From NCBI GenBank assembly GCA_902547785.1, contig CACCPC010000003.1:8900-72899 (forward strand): 64,000 bases of DNA, read 5' to 3'. This document shows positions 42,998 through 53,297 of the stretch, one piece after another. The notes below the pieces were generated by a model that saw only the letters and a list, made by a program, of their open reading frames with translations, was not told where the DNA came from and ran no database searches. The first letter of the stretch is position 1, and each line of letters begins with the position of its first letter. The position numbers and the translations under genes are program-made. The DNA is from an uncultured Pelagibacteraceae bacterium (lineage in GTDB: Bacteria > Pseudomonadota > Alphaproteobacteria > Pelagibacterales > Pelagibacteraceae).

Positions 42998-43641
42998 GAA
43001 ATCTTTTTTTTTATTTTTTTTATGTTCAATATAAATGAGTCGTTACTTGTTAAACTTTTTTTTTCCTCATAATCTAAATCCCACTCTTGAAGTGTTTCAT
43101 TAAGAATTTTTCTTCCACTACTTCCCATAAAAAAAATAATATTTTTATATTTTTTAAAATTTTCATTAACTAAGTTTAAAATCACAGGCATTGGCTTAAA
43201 CGCCCTGGACATAATTGTTCCTGTTTCAATATTTTTAAGTGAAAAAATATCTTTCTGAATTATTTCTGTATTTAAATTTAATTTTTTTGAAACCTCTCTA
43301 AGGAAAGCACATTTGTGGTAGCTTTTTTCATAAAGGTTTATTTTCAGGTCGTTTTTAATTTTTTTCATCACTATAGCCACTATTAATCCAGGCATTCCGC
43401 CCCCTGTACCTAAATCTGAGGTTGTATTGCAATTTAAATCAACAAAATCAATAATTTGCGCAGAATCTATTATATGGCGCTCTCTTATTACCTCTTTTTC
43501 AAACATTTTTTTACTTATGATATTAATTTTCTGATTTTTTTCCTGTATCATCGTAATTAAGCTCTCAAGCTCATTACAAGTTTCACGTGAAACATTCAAA
43601 TTGGAAATTTTGGAATAAGAATTTGAAATTAAGTTATCCAT
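42994..43641 (-). CDS. rsmG: 16S rRNA G527 N7-methyltransferase (GidB)
   Basis: RHIIDS, DLGTGGGMPG, SRAF; mnmG-rsmG-parA synteny. Confidence 0.93.
   Translation of the reverse strand: MDNLISNSYSKISNLNVSRETCNELESLITMIQEKNQKINIISKKMFEKEVIRERHIIDSAQIIDFVDLNCNTTSDLGTGGGMPGLIVAIVMKKIKNDLKINLYEKSYHKCAFLREVSKKLNLNTEIIQKDIFSLKNIETGTIMSRAFKPMPVILNLVNENFKKYKNIIFFMGSSGRKILNETLQEWDLDYEEKKSLTSNDSFILNIKKIKKKIS
43579..43594. promoter_or_regulatory. parS centromere-like site within rsmG
   Basis: AGTTTCACGTGAAACA, 15/16 match to consensus TGTTTCACGTGAAACA; encodes (N)VSRET. Confidence 0.88.
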
Positions 43642-45512
43642 TAAGCTATATGCTTAATAGACTTTCTTTTGACGTGTGACAACAAAATATATACAGCTGC
43701 AGGAGTTATTCCATCGATTCTTAAGGCTTGACCCATGGTTTTAGGCCTTATTTCTTTGAATTTAGCTTTTACTTCATTAGAAAGGCCTGAAAATTGATCA
43801 TAATCAATATTATCTGGTATTTTTAAATTCTCATCTCGTTTAAAAGCTAAAATATCAGCCTTTTGTTTCTTTAAATATCCTCTATAATGAGAGTTAATCT
43901 CAATTTGCTCATCAATTTCATCCCCATAATCAGAGATTTCAGGCCAGATATTCCTTATTTTTGTCATATCAACACTTTTTTGGGTAAGAATTTCCTCTGC
44001 TGATCTAAAAACACCATCTTTCGCTATTTTTATTCCAAATTTATCTGCCTTAGAGGGTGAAATGTTTAAATTAGACATTTGAAGAGATATTTTGCTTAAT
44101 TTATTAAATTTGTCCTCAAAGAGCTGCTTTCTAGTTTCTGCTATTAAACCAATTTTAATTCCTTTATGGGTAAGCCTTAAGTCAGCATTATCTGACCTTA
44201 GACTTAGTCTATATTCTGCTCGAGATGTAAACATTCTATAAGGCTCTGCAACGCCTTTAGTAACTAAGTCATCTATCATAACGCCAATATAAGCATCTGA
44301 TCTATCTAATATAAAGGGCTCCATATTCTTAAAGGATAGAGCAGCATTAATTCCTGCTATAAGGCCTTGAGCAGCTGCTTCCTCATAACCTGTAGTTCCA
44401 TTAATTTGACCAGCAAGATAAAAATTTTTTATTTTTTTTGTCTCCAGTGTTAAAAGTAGCTCTCTGGGGTCAATATAATCATATTCTATAGCATATCCTG
44501 GTCTAATTACTTTTACATTCTCTAAACCATTGATATTATTGAGTATTTCGTATTGCACAACCTCAGGTAGAGATGTAGATATGCCATTAGGGTAAATAGT
44601 ATGGTCATTTAGACCCTCAGGCTCTAGAAATATTTGATGTCTTGTCTTATCAGCAAATTTTACTATTTTGTCTTCAATAGAGGGACAGTATCTAGGACCA
44701 ACACCTTGTATGCTTCCAGAATACATTGCACTTTTAGATAAATTTTTTTCGATTATTTTATGAACTCTCTCGTTAGTGTAGGTCATGGAACAAGACACTT
44801 GTTTGTTTAAATTCTTTTTGGTCAGAAAAGAAAAAAAATATGGATCTTCATCGGCAAACTGCTGTTCCAAATTTTCAAAATTAATTGTTCTAGAATCTAA
44901 TCTAGGAGGTGTCCCTGTTTTTAATCTTCCAATTTTGAAATTATACTTTTTTAGCTGTTCACTTAACCCTGTGCTCGGTTTTTCATTAAATCGGCCAGCA
45001 GGAGTTCTTTCATCACCTATATGTATCAAACCATTCAAAAAAGTGCCTGTTGTTAAGATTAACTTGTTACAACTCACTTTGTTGTCATTTAACGTAATAA
45101 ATCCACTTATTTGGTTATTTTCAAAAATAAACTTTACTACAGGATCCGAAAAAATGCTTAAATTACAATAGTTTACAAGTTTTTCTTGCATATATTTACG
45201 ATATAATGATCTGTCAGACTGTGTTCGGGGACCTCTTACCGCCGGTCCTCTACTTCTATTTAATAATCTAAATTGTATTCCAGACTTATCAGCAACCTCT
45301 CCCATGACTCCATCTAAAGCATCAATTTCTCTAACCAGGTGACCTTTACCTAAACCACCTATAGCTGGATTACATGACATTTCTCCGATTGTATTTTTGT
45401 TATGCGTAAACAAAGCGGTATTTACACCAAGCCTTGCTGAGGCCGCTGCAGCTTCACAGCCAGCATGACCACCTCCGATAACAACTACATCAAATTGTAA
45501 ATTTTTTTTCAT
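43641..45512 (-). CDS. mnmG: tRNA U34 modification enzyme MnmG (GidA)
   Basis: [49 protein letters not shown]. Confidence 0.99.
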   Translation of the reverse strand: MKKNLQFDVVVIGGGHAGCEAAAASARLGVNTALFTHNKNTIGEMSCNPAIGGLGKGHLVREIDALDGVMGEVADKSGIQFRLLNRSRGPAVRGPRTQSDRSLYRKYMQEKLVNYCNLSIFSDPVVKFIFENNQISGFITLNDNKVSCNKLILTTGTFLNGLIHIGDERTPAGRFNEKPSTGLSEQLKKYNFKIGRLKTGTPPRLDSRTINFENLEQQFADEDPYFFSFLTKKNLNKQVSCSMTYTNERVHKIIEKNLSKSAMYSGSIQGVGPRYCPSIEDKIVKFADKTRHQIFLEPEGLNDHTIYPNGISTSLPEVVQYEILNNINGLENVKVIRPGYAIEYDYIDPRELLLTLETKKIKNFYLAGQINGTTGYEEAAAQGLIAGINAALSFKNMEPFILDRSDAYIGVMIDDLVTKGVAEPYRMFTSRAEYRLSLRSDNADLRLTHKGIKIGLIAETRKQLFEDKFNKLSKISLQMSNLNISPSKADKFGIKIAKDGVFRSAEEILTQKSVDMTKIRNIWPEISDYGDEIDEQIEINSHYRGYLKKQKADILAFKRDENLKIPDNIDYDQFSGLSNEVKAKFKEIRPKTMGQALRIDGITPAAVYILLSHVKRKSIKHIA

Positions 45513-45518
45513 GAGCTA

Positions 45519-45546
45519 AATTTATATTCGATTAGGATATTTACAA
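45519..45546 (-). promoter_or_regulatory. Putative promoter of mnmG-rsmG-parAB, likely leaderless
   Basis: TTGTAA-N16-TAAATT, 6 nt before the ATG; no SD. Confidence 0.4.
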
Positions 45547-45627
45547 GATTTCTGTTTTTTTAAAAAAAAGTGCTGTTTTTCAACGAAAATCAATGAAAAG
45601 CTTCAAAAAAAACCCTTAAAAACGTTA

Positions 45628-46959
45628 TTATTTACCAATGCAAAAATCGTTAAAAATACTGTCTAATATCTCCTCTACATCAACTTTTCCTACAATCATA
45701 CCTAGTTGTCTTGTGGCTAATCTTAAATCCTCAGCACCTTTATCAAAATCTTTTTTATCATTTTTGTCGGAAAAATTTTTCAAATGTTCAGCACACTGAA
45801 GCAAATGTTGTCTATGCCTTTCTCTTGTAATTAAGATATCTTCATCTGATATAAATTTATTTTTTAAGTGGTTTTTTATTTTAGAAATTAATTTATCTAT
45901 ATTTAAATTATCTTTTAGTGAAATCAAAACATGATTAAATTTAGAAGTTTCAGAATCTAATTTTTCTTTCAACAGATCTGATTTATTTATAACTAGAATT
46001 GCGTCTTTTTTTAATAAATCATTCAAAAATCCGCTTAAATCAATACTTTTTGCATCCACCACTACTAGTTTTAGATCAGCATTTTCAGCTTTTTTTAATG
46101 ATAATTTTATTCCTTTTTTTTCGATTTCGTCCTTGGAGTCTCTTATACCAGCTGTATCTGAAATTATAACTGGATAACCGTCTATGTTCAAATGTGTTTC
46201 AACAACGTCTCTTGTGGTACCAGCAATTTCAGACACTATAGCAACCTCCCTGTTTGATAAATTATTTAATAGACTAGACTTACCAGCATTAGTTGGACCT
46301 ACAATTGCAATTTTAAAACCTTCACGAATTATCTCACCAACTTTTTGATCATTCAAAATTTTTTTAATCTCATTTAAGACATTCGATGAATCCTCTTTTA
46401 TCTTTTTTAAATTTTCTTCTGGCAAATCTTCATCGGGAAAATCTATTTTTGCCTCAACGAATGACAAAATTTTCAATAATTTTTCTCTCAACTCATTAAA
46501 TTTTTCTGAAGATTTTCCTTTCATCATTTTTACAGCTTGCAATCTCTGAATTTCAGTTTCTGCTGAGATCAAATCAGCTATACTCTCTGCTTTTAGCAAA
46601 TTTATTTTACTGTTTTGAAAAGCAAGTTTTGTAAACTCACCAGGATCTGCAAGTCGACACTCTTTTACATTTGAAAGAGTATTTAAAAGCGCCTCCACAA
46701 CTGCTTTACCACCGTGAATATGAATTTCGACCATATCTTCGCCAGTGTAGCTCTGAGGGCCAGGAAACCATAAGATTAACCCTTCATCAATAAGTTCAGA
46801 AGTGTTGATATTGTTTATTTTCTGAAGAGTAGCCACTCTAGGAGTTGGTAGCTCATTCTTTGTTAGCAATTTTAGAACCTTTGAAGAATCTGAACCTGAA
46901 ATCCTCACAACGGCTATGCCAGAAATACCAGGCCCACTAGATAATGCATAAATTGTCAT
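45628..46959 (-). CDS. mnmE: tRNA modification GTPase MnmE
   Basis: SYTGED..E...HGG, GPTNAGKSS, GTTRD, DTAG, NKSD, FCIGK. Confidence 0.98.
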   Translation of the reverse strand: MTIYALSSGPGISGIAVVRISGSDSSKVLKLLTKNELPTPRVATLQKINNINTSELIDEGLILWFPGPQSYTGEDMVEIHIHGGKAVVEALLNTLSNVKECRLADPGEFTKLAFQNSKINLLKAESIADLISAETEIQRLQAVKMMKGKSSEKFNELREKLLKILSFVEAKIDFPDEDLPEENLKKIKEDSSNVLNEIKKILNDQKVGEIIREGFKIAIVGPTNAGKSSLLNNLSNREVAIVSEIAGTTRDVVETHLNIDGYPVIISDTAGIRDSKDEIEKKGIKLSLKKAENADLKLVVVDAKSIDLSGFLNDLLKKDAILVINKSDLLKEKLDSETSKFNHVLISLKDNLNIDKLISKIKNHLKNKFISDEDILITRERHRQHLLQCAEHLKNFSDKNDKKDFDKGAEDLRLATRQLGMIVGKVDVEEILDSIFNDFCIGK

Positions 46960-46997
46960 ATAATTTGATTTTTTATTTTATATAATTATAAACTTTT

Positions 46998-47840
46998 ATG
47001 ATTATTTGGGTAGCATCATATCCGAAGAGTGGAAATACATGGGTCAGATCTATAATTTCTTCTCTAGTCTATACAGAGAATGGAATATTTGATTTTCCTA
47101 GTATAAAAAAAATTGACCAATATCCACAAAGACGGTTTTTAGAACATTTCACACAAGATTATAATAATATTCACGAAATCAAAAAGCATTGGATTACATC
47201 TCAAGAAAGAATTAATTTAGACACTAAAATAAAATTTTTCAAAACACATCATTTAAACTGTAAAATTGACAATTATCCTTTTACCAATAAAGAATGCACA
47301 CGAGCTACGATTTACATTGTTAGAGATCCTAGAAATCTTATTGACTCCATATCAAATCACTTCAGCAAATCTATTGAAGAGTCTAAAAAGTTTCTTCTCA
47401 CATCAAAAATTCTTTCTCCAGGTAAAGAAATTGAGTTAAGAGGTGGAAACGTTATTACATACCTTGGATCGTGGAAAGAACATTATAAGTTTTGGACGAA
47501 CGATAATGAAAATTTGTTGATAATCAAATACGAGGACTTAGTAAAAAATATACATCAAGAAATTGATAAAATTATTGCATTTCTTAAAAATTACATTGAT
47601 TTAGAGGTGTCTGATACTAAAAAAGAAAATATTATAAAATCAACCTCCTTCGAAGCATTAAAAAAAATTGAAGATAATGGTGATTTTACAGAAAACGTTT
47701 TCGTTAAAGGAAGAAGTGAAAAAGTAAGATTCTTTAACAAAGGACCTAACAATAATTGGCAAAAGACACTACCAACAAAAATACAGAAAGATTTGGAAAC
47801 TGAGCTTAATAATGAATTAAAAGAACTTGGCTATCTTTAA
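46998..47840 (+). CDS. PAPS-dependent sulfotransferase (Sulfotransfer_1-like), copy 2
   Basis: ASYPKSGNTW, KTHH, RDPRN...S, KYEDL, FFNKG...NW, ELGY. Confidence 0.88.
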   Translation: MIIWVASYPKSGNTWVRSIISSLVYTENGIFDFPSIKKIDQYPQRRFLEHFTQDYNNIHEIKKHWITSQERINLDTKIKFFKTHHLNCKIDNYPFTNKECTRATIYIVRDPRNLIDSISNHFSKSIEESKKFLLTSKILSPGKEIELRGGNVITYLGSWKEHYKFWTNDNENLLIIKYEDLVKNIHQEIDKIIAFLKNYIDLEVSDTKKENIIKSTSFEALKKIEDNGDFTENVFVKGRSEKVRFFNKGPNNNWQKTLPTKIQKDLETELNNELKELGYL

Positions 47841-47841
47841 A

Positions 47842-49110
47842 TTAGCTTGGTTTGTTCATTGAATTGAAGAAATCAGAGTTGTTTTTTGTATCTTTTAACT
47901 TAGAACTAATAAACTCGATTGCATCCATTGTTCCCATTGGGGCGATTATTCTTCTTAAAACATTCATCTTTTGAAGATCATTTTTATCAAATAACAATTC
48001 TTCTCTTCTAGTGCCTGATTTTGTTATATCAATAGCGGGATAAATCCTTTTATCTGCAATTTTTCTATCTAACACGGTTTCACTATTTCCAGTTCCCTTA
48101 AATTCCTCAAAAATTACTTCATCCATTCTGCTTCCAGTATCTATTAAAGCGGTAGATATAATAGTTAAAGATCCACCTTCCTCTATGTTTCTTGCTGCAC
48201 CAAAAAATCTTTTGGGTCTTTGGAGTGCATTAGCATCTACACCACCAGTTAAAACCTTTCCCGAGCTTGGTATAACAGCATTATAAGCTCGACCTAGTCT
48301 TGTTATTGAGTCTAGTAGTATCACCACATCCTTCTTATGTTCTGTAAGTCTTTTCGCCTTTTCTATTACCATTTCAGCTACTGCAACGTGTCTTTGTGCA
48401 GGTTCATCAAAAGTTGAACTAATAACCTCACCTTTGACAGTTCTTTGCATATCCGTCACTTCTTCTGGACGTTCATCAATCAATAATACTATGAGATAAC
48501 ACTCTGGATAATTTTTAGCAATTGAGTTTGCAATACTTTGTAAAATCATAGTCTTTCCTGCTTTAGGTGGAGAAATAATTATCGATCTTTGACCTTTTCC
48601 AATTGGGCTAACAAGATCTATCAATCTCGGTGTTAAATCTTGTTTTTTATCTGGCTTTGTAGCCTCAACTTCCATAACTAATTGTTTATCTGGATACAGG
48701 GGAGTTAGGTTATCAAACGCTATTTTGTGTCTAGATTTATCGGGTTCCTCAAAATTTATTTTACTAACTTGTAATAAAGCAAAATATCTTTCACCTTCTT
48801 TAGGAGCTCTTACAGGACCCTCAACAGTATCTCCAGTTCTTAAACCAAATTTTCTTATTTGACTTGGACTAACGTAAATATCGTCAGGACCAGGAAGATA
48901 GTTTGACTCCATGGCTCTTAAAAAACCAAATCCATCCTGAAGCAATTGTAAAACTCCTGCGCCTGTAATTTCCTCTTTTTCAGCAACCTTTTTAAGAATT
49001 GCGAAGAGAATTTCCTGTTTTCTCAGTGTGCTAGCATTTTCAATACCAAGCTCTTCTGCTTGTGTAATAAGTTGTTCTGATGATTTAAGTTTTAATTCTT
49101 GTATGTTCAT
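47842..49110 (-). CDS. rho: Transcription termination factor Rho
   Basis: [38 protein letters not shown]. Confidence 0.99.
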   Translation of the reverse strand: MNIQELKLKSSEQLITQAEELGIENASTLRKQEILFAILKKVAEKEEITGAGVLQLLQDGFGFLRAMESNYLPGPDDIYVSPSQIRKFGLRTGDTVEGPVRAPKEGERYFALLQVSKINFEEPDKSRHKIAFDNLTPLYPDKQLVMEVEATKPDKKQDLTPRLIDLVSPIGKGQRSIIISPPKAGKTMILQSIANSIAKNYPECYLIVLLIDERPEEVTDMQRTVKGEVISSTFDEPAQRHVAVAEMVIEKAKRLTEHKKDVVILLDSITRLGRAYNAVIPSSGKVLTGGVDANALQRPKRFFGAARNIEEGGSLTIISTALIDTGSRMDEVIFEEFKGTGNSETVLDRKIADKRIYPAIDITKSGTRREELLFDKNDLQKMNVLRRIIAPMGTMDAIEFISSKLKDTKNNSDFFNSMNKPS

Positions 49111-49118
49111 GATTAGAG

Positions 49119-49138
49119 ATTATTAAGGACTTAATAAT
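49119..49138 (-). promoter_or_regulatory. Inverted repeat in the rho 5' leader
   Basis: ATTATTAAG-N2-CTTAATAAT, perfect 9-bp arms, 8 nt upstream of the rho ATG. Confidence 0.45.
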
Positions 49139-49174
49139 GAGTTAAATATATATGCTATTTGCAAATTTTCAACC

Positions 49175-49609
49175 CTAGATAGGCTTAAAAACTACAACAA
49201 ATATGATTAAAATAAGCAATAATGTGGGTATTTCATTTATAAATCGATAAAATTTATGTGAATGCGTATTAAGGTCAAATTTAAACTGTCCTAAAATACG
49301 ACCAAGATAAAAATGATAAATTGTTAAAATAACCACAAATATCAATTTCAAAATCATCCAAGTTTGTCCAAGTTTTTCAAATCCTATTTCGTGAATAAGT
49401 ATCAAACCAAATAGCCAAGACAATATCATTGCTGGTGTCATGATATAAAAAAATAGTTTTCTTTCCATAACCTTAAACACCTCTGATATAATTGGCTGAG
49501 TGTTGTTTTGAGAATGATAAACGAAAATTCTTGGGAGATATAACAATCCAGCCATCCAAGAAATGACAGATATCAAATGTAACGATTTAAAAAGTAAGTA
49601 AGTGTTCAT
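49175..49609 (-). CDS. hemJ: Protoporphyrinogen oxidase HemJ
   Basis: KSLHLISVISWMAGLLYLPR.FVYH, MERKL...IM.PAM, NEIP. Confidence 0.95.
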   Translation of the reverse strand: MNTYLLFKSLHLISVISWMAGLLYLPRIFVYHSQNNTQPIISEVFKVMERKLFFYIMTPAMILSWLFGLILIHEIGFEKLGQTWMILKLIFVVILTIYHFYLGRILGQFKFDLNTHSHKFYRFINEIPTLLLILIIFVVVFKPI

Positions 49610-49612
49610 TAA

Positions 49613-50611
49613 TCAAATGTTTTTTTGAATTAAAGATTTTAATAAAATTATGTGATCGTCATTATCATTCAAACACGGTACCATATCAAAGTTTTCTCCA
49701 CCAGATTCTAAAAAACTCTCTTTTCCTTGAATTTGGATTTCCTCTAAAGTTTCGACGCAGTCTGAGGAAAATCCTGGACATATGGCCAAAACATTTTTTT
49801 TACCTTCTTTGGGTAAATTTTCTAAAGTTTTATCTGTGTAAGGTTGAAGCCATTTTTCAGGACCAAATCTAGATTGGAATGTTGTCTTAATTTCAGTTGA
49901 AGTAAATTTTTCTGATATTAGTCTCGTGGTCTTGTGACAATAGCAATGATAAGGATCGCCCTTATCAAAATATTTTTGAGGTATTCCATGATAAGAAGCT
50001 AATATCAAATCTGGCTTCCAATTTATTTCTTTAATTTTTTTATTCAAAGAATTTACGAGCGCGTCTATATATAAAGGATCCGACTCATAATGTGGTACTA
50101 TTTTTAGTGATGGTTGCCATCTCATTTTCATAAGAGTTCTATATACTTCATCACAGACAGTTGCAGTGGTTGCCGCAGCATATTGGGGATAAAGAGGAAG
50201 AATTATTAAATTTTCACAACCCATTTCATGAAGGGTTGCAATTTTACTTCTTATGCTAGGATTTCCATATCTCATAGCATAATCTATTATTAAGTTTTTT
50301 TCAGATATTAGTTTTGAAAGCTTTTCTGCTTGCTTTTGCGTATAATGCAAAAGAGGAGAAATGTTTTTGTCTTTCATCCAAATTTCTTTATAAGCCTTGG
50401 CTGTTTTGGATGGCCGAAAAGTTAATATAATAACATTTAATATGATTTGCCAAATTATCGGGTTAACTTCGATTACTCTCCTATCTGATAAAAATTCTTT
50501 TAAATATTTTCTTATATCAAACCAACTTGTTGAGTCAGGAGTTCCAAGATTGACAATTAAAACTCCTGTTTTTCCGAAATTAACTGGCGGGTGTTCTATT
50601 TTTTTTTCCAT
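49613..50611 (-). CDS. hemH: Ferrochelatase
   Basis: NLGTP, FLSD.RV.E, MRYGNP, PLYPQY, SYHG.P, FQSRFG...WL.P, DCVETLEE. Confidence 0.97.
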   Translation of the reverse strand: MEKKIEHPPVNFGKTGVLIVNLGTPDSTSWFDIRKYLKEFLSDRRVIEVNPIIWQIILNVIILTFRPSKTAKAYKEIWMKDKNISPLLHYTQKQAEKLSKLISEKNLIIDYAMRYGNPSIRSKIATLHEMGCENLIILPLYPQYAAATTATVCDEVYRTLMKMRWQPSLKIVPHYESDPLYIDALVNSLNKKIKEINWKPDLILASYHGIPQKYFDKGDPYHCYCHKTTRLISEKFTSTEIKTTFQSRFGPEKWLQPYTDKTLENLPKEGKKNVLAICPGFSSDCVETLEEIQIQGKESFLESGGENFDMVPCLNDNDDHIILLKSLIQKNI

Positions 50612-51612
50612 TAATAATCTTTCACAGTTTTTACTAAATAATCCATCATATTAGGGTCCGTTTCTGGAAGAACGCCATGCCCTAAATTAAATATATATGG
50701 ATGATCTTTAAATATATCTAAATATTTCGTTGTTTCTTTTTTTAAGTTTTCTTTATCAGAAAGCAAAAGCTTTGGGTCCATTCCACCTTGAACAGGAATG
50801 TTTATTTCTTTACTAATTTTGGCTGGATCAACCTCATAATCAATGCAAATTGCGTCTGGTTTAATAATTTCACAATAATTTTTGTAATTTTTAATACCTC
50901 TTGGAAAGCAGATAACGGGCACATTTAAGGATTTAGTATAATTAACCAAGCTTAAGGTGGGGTCATAAATGTAATAAGGTAAATCTTTTTCTTTTAGCAG
51001 ACCAGCCCAACTATCAAAGATTTGAATTATCTGAGCACCACTATCAATTTGATTTTTGATATGTATTTTTAAAAATTTATCTAAAATTTTAAGAATTTTA
51101 TCAATTAAATATTTGTCTTCAAAAAAATTTTCATTCAAGCTTAATTTTGGTGATTTTTTATTTATTATATAAACCAATAAAGTCCACGGTGCTCCAACAA
51201 ATCCTATGGTGGTTTTATTTTTAGTAAATTGAGAATTACTTACTAATTTAATTAGTTTATAGACGGAAGATAGTTTTTCTACAAATTCAACTTCTTCAAT
51301 ATTTGAAATTTCTTTTAAGTCAAAGTTACCAAGTAGTGGGCCTACATTTTTTTTAAATTCAACAGTTTGATTTAAGCCATATGGTAACATTAAGATATCA
51401 GAAAAAATTATTGCTGCATCCAAATCGAATCTTTTCAAAGGTTGTAAGGTGATCTCACTTGATAATTTTTCGTTAAGACATAATTTGATAAAATCAGGAT
51501 TTTGTTTTCTTATTTCTCTAAATTCAGGTAAATATCTACCAGCCTGTCTCATTATCCAAATAGGATTAATATCACTTTTTTTGTTTATTATTACTTCTTC
51601 GATCGGAGACAT
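50611..51612 (-). CDS. hemE: Uroporphyrinogen decarboxylase
   Basis: W.MRQAGRYLPE, AAIIFSDIL, GFVGAPWT, FDSWAG, NLGHGV. Confidence 0.98.
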   Translation of the reverse strand: MSPIEEVIINKKSDINPIWIMRQAGRYLPEFREIRKQNPDFIKLCLNEKLSSEITLQPLKRFDLDAAIIFSDILMLPYGLNQTVEFKKNVGPLLGNFDLKEISNIEEVEFVEKLSSVYKLIKLVSNSQFTKNKTTIGFVGAPWTLLVYIINKKSPKLSLNENFFEDKYLIDKILKILDKFLKIHIKNQIDSGAQIIQIFDSWAGLLKEKDLPYYIYDPTLSLVNYTKSLNVPVICFPRGIKNYKNYCEIIKPDAICIDYEVDPAKISKEINIPVQGGMDPKLLLSDKENLKKETTKYLDIFKDHPYIFNLGHGVLPETDPNMMDYLVKTVKDY

Positions 51613-51895
51613 ATTAATAATTAAATATAATTAATTGTAATGTTAGTATATTCTGTGAATAATGGTGATTAAATTTATTGAACATTTTATAAACAGTTTG
51701 TTAACATTTAGAGTTTAAATTTTAATAAATATATACGCAAAATTGAAGCTTATTAACTAAATACACCGAATGATTACTGGAGATTTTAACATGTTTAATT
51801 TTGTTAATAAAAGCATTGTTTTACAACATAAATTTAAAAATATGGAAAATTTTCAATGATGATAAAAATATTACAAATTTATACACACATTATAC
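51613..51895. other. Probable chromosomal replication origin (oriC)
   Basis: Longest intergenic region in the window, AT-rich, between divergent hemE and ppsR-maf (known alphaproteobacterial ori locus); DnaA-box-like TGTGAATAA 51654-62, TTATAAACA 51687-95, TGTTAATAA 51802-10, TTATACACA 51879-87. Confidence 0.8.
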
Positions 51896-52720
51896 ATGAG
51901 TAATTTATATCAAATTTATCTTATATCAGATGCAACTGGTGAAACTCTTGATCGAATTTTTATAGCCATCAAAGCCCAATTTAAAAATATAAATTATAAA
52001 ATACATACTTATTCTTTTACCAGAACAGAAAATCAAATTATAAAAATTTTAGAAAGTGCAGAAAAAGAAAAAAACTCAATAATCTTATACTCCATTGTTG
52101 ATAGTAATTTGGCAAAGTATCTTGCAAAAAATAGTGACACGAAAAAAATTCCATGCTTTGGGGTGTTAGGTGATCTAATATTAAGTTTTTCAAAACTTTT
52201 AAATCAAAAAGCCTCACACCAACCAAGTGGACAATATGCTCTTGATGAAGAATATTATAAAAGAATCGAAGCAATTCAATTTACAATGAACCATGATGAT
52301 GGCAATCTTGTAAAAGAAATAAAAGAGTCTGATATAATTTTGTTGGGAGTAAGCAGAACAAGTAAGACCCCAACCGCAATCTTTTTAGCTAACAAAGGTT
52401 TTAAAACATCCAACATACCCTTGATAAATGAAAACTCTTTACCAGAAGTTTTAAGAGAGAACCCTAAAATCTCATGCATTATTGGATTAAATACTGAGCC
52501 AGAAAGACTTGTAGAAATTAGAAAAAACAGGATGAATTCTCTTAAAGAAAATAAAAATAAATTATATACAGATTTGGAACAAATTAAAAAAGAAGTATAT
52601 ATGGCAAAAAATACTTTCAAAAAATATAAATGGCCATTCATTGATGTAACACGAAAATCTGTAGAGGAAACCGCAGCCTCTGTAATCAAAATATACGAAA
52701 TATATAAAGAAAATGCCTAA
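51896..52720 (+). CDS. ppsR: Pyruvate phosphate dikinase/PEP synthase regulatory kinase-pyrophosphorylase (DUF299)
   Basis: SDATGET, RIEAIQF...HDDG, GVSRTSKTP, DVTRKSVEETA. Confidence 0.93.
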   Translation: MSNLYQIYLISDATGETLDRIFIAIKAQFKNINYKIHTYSFTRTENQIIKILESAEKEKNSIILYSIVDSNLAKYLAKNSDTKKIPCFGVLGDLILSFSKLLNQKASHQPSGQYALDEEYYKRIEAIQFTMNHDDGNLVKEIKESDIILLGVSRTSKTPTAIFLANKGFKTSNIPLINENSLPEVLRENPKISCIIGLNTEPERLVEIRKNRMNSLKENKNKLYTDLEQIKKEVYMAKNTFKKYKWPFIDVTRKSVEETAASVIKIYEIYKENA

Positions 52721-53297
52721 AATTATTCTAGCTTCTAAAAGCAAGGTTAGAAAAAAAATATTGGACGAAAATGATATTTTAAATGAGGTAAAACCATCAA
52801 ATGTAGATGAAGATATTGTGAAACTAAGTTTACTAAAAGAAAAAGCTACACCTGAAATCATATCAAAAAATTTAGCTGAATTAAAAGCTAACAAAGTAAG
52901 CAATAATTATGTTGATGATTTAGTTTTAGGTGCTGACAGTGTAATTGACTTAGAGGGAGAACTGATATCAAAACCTAACGATAGAAATGAAGCTTTAGGA
53001 ATTTTAAAAAAACTCAATGGTAAAAAACATCATTTAATAAGCTCAGTTTGTATCTCCAAAAACGGATCTATGGTATGGAATCATACCGATAAAGCGTTAC
53101 TGACAATGAAAAAAATGACAGAGGAAGAACTAAAAGAATATTTATTAAAAATTTCGGATGAGGCGTTATATGCTTATAATGTTTATCAGATAGAGGGTGA
53201 GGGAAGACATTTATTCTCAAGTATTGACGGAAACGAAAATACAATAATGGGACTTCCAATTGAAAAAATTAAAAAATATTTAGATAACTATAAATGA
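52713..53297 (+). CDS. maf: Maf-family nucleoside triphosphate pyrophosphatase
   Basis: ILASKS..R, VDE, LAELKA, GADS, KP, Y.IEG.G, IMGLP. Confidence 0.92.
   Translation: MPKIILASKSKVRKKILDENDILNEVKPSNVDEDIVKLSLLKEKATPEIISKNLAELKANKVSNNYVDDLVLGADSVIDLEGELISKPNDRNEALGILKKLNGKKHHLISSVCISKNGSMVWNHTDKALLTMKKMTEEELKEYLLKISDEALYAYNVYQIEGEGRHLFSSIDGNENTIMGLPIEKIKKYLDNYK

Noticed and set aside
45573-45590. Possible second parS between mnmG and mnmE
   Set aside because: Too degenerate; lacks the CACGTG core symmetry.
51700-51810. CtrA boxes in oriC
   Set aside because: The TTAA half-sites I checked are spaced by 3, 5 or 10 nt, not 7.
52038-53259. Minus-strand ORFs across ppsR and maf
   Set aside because: Antisense shadows of conserved genes.
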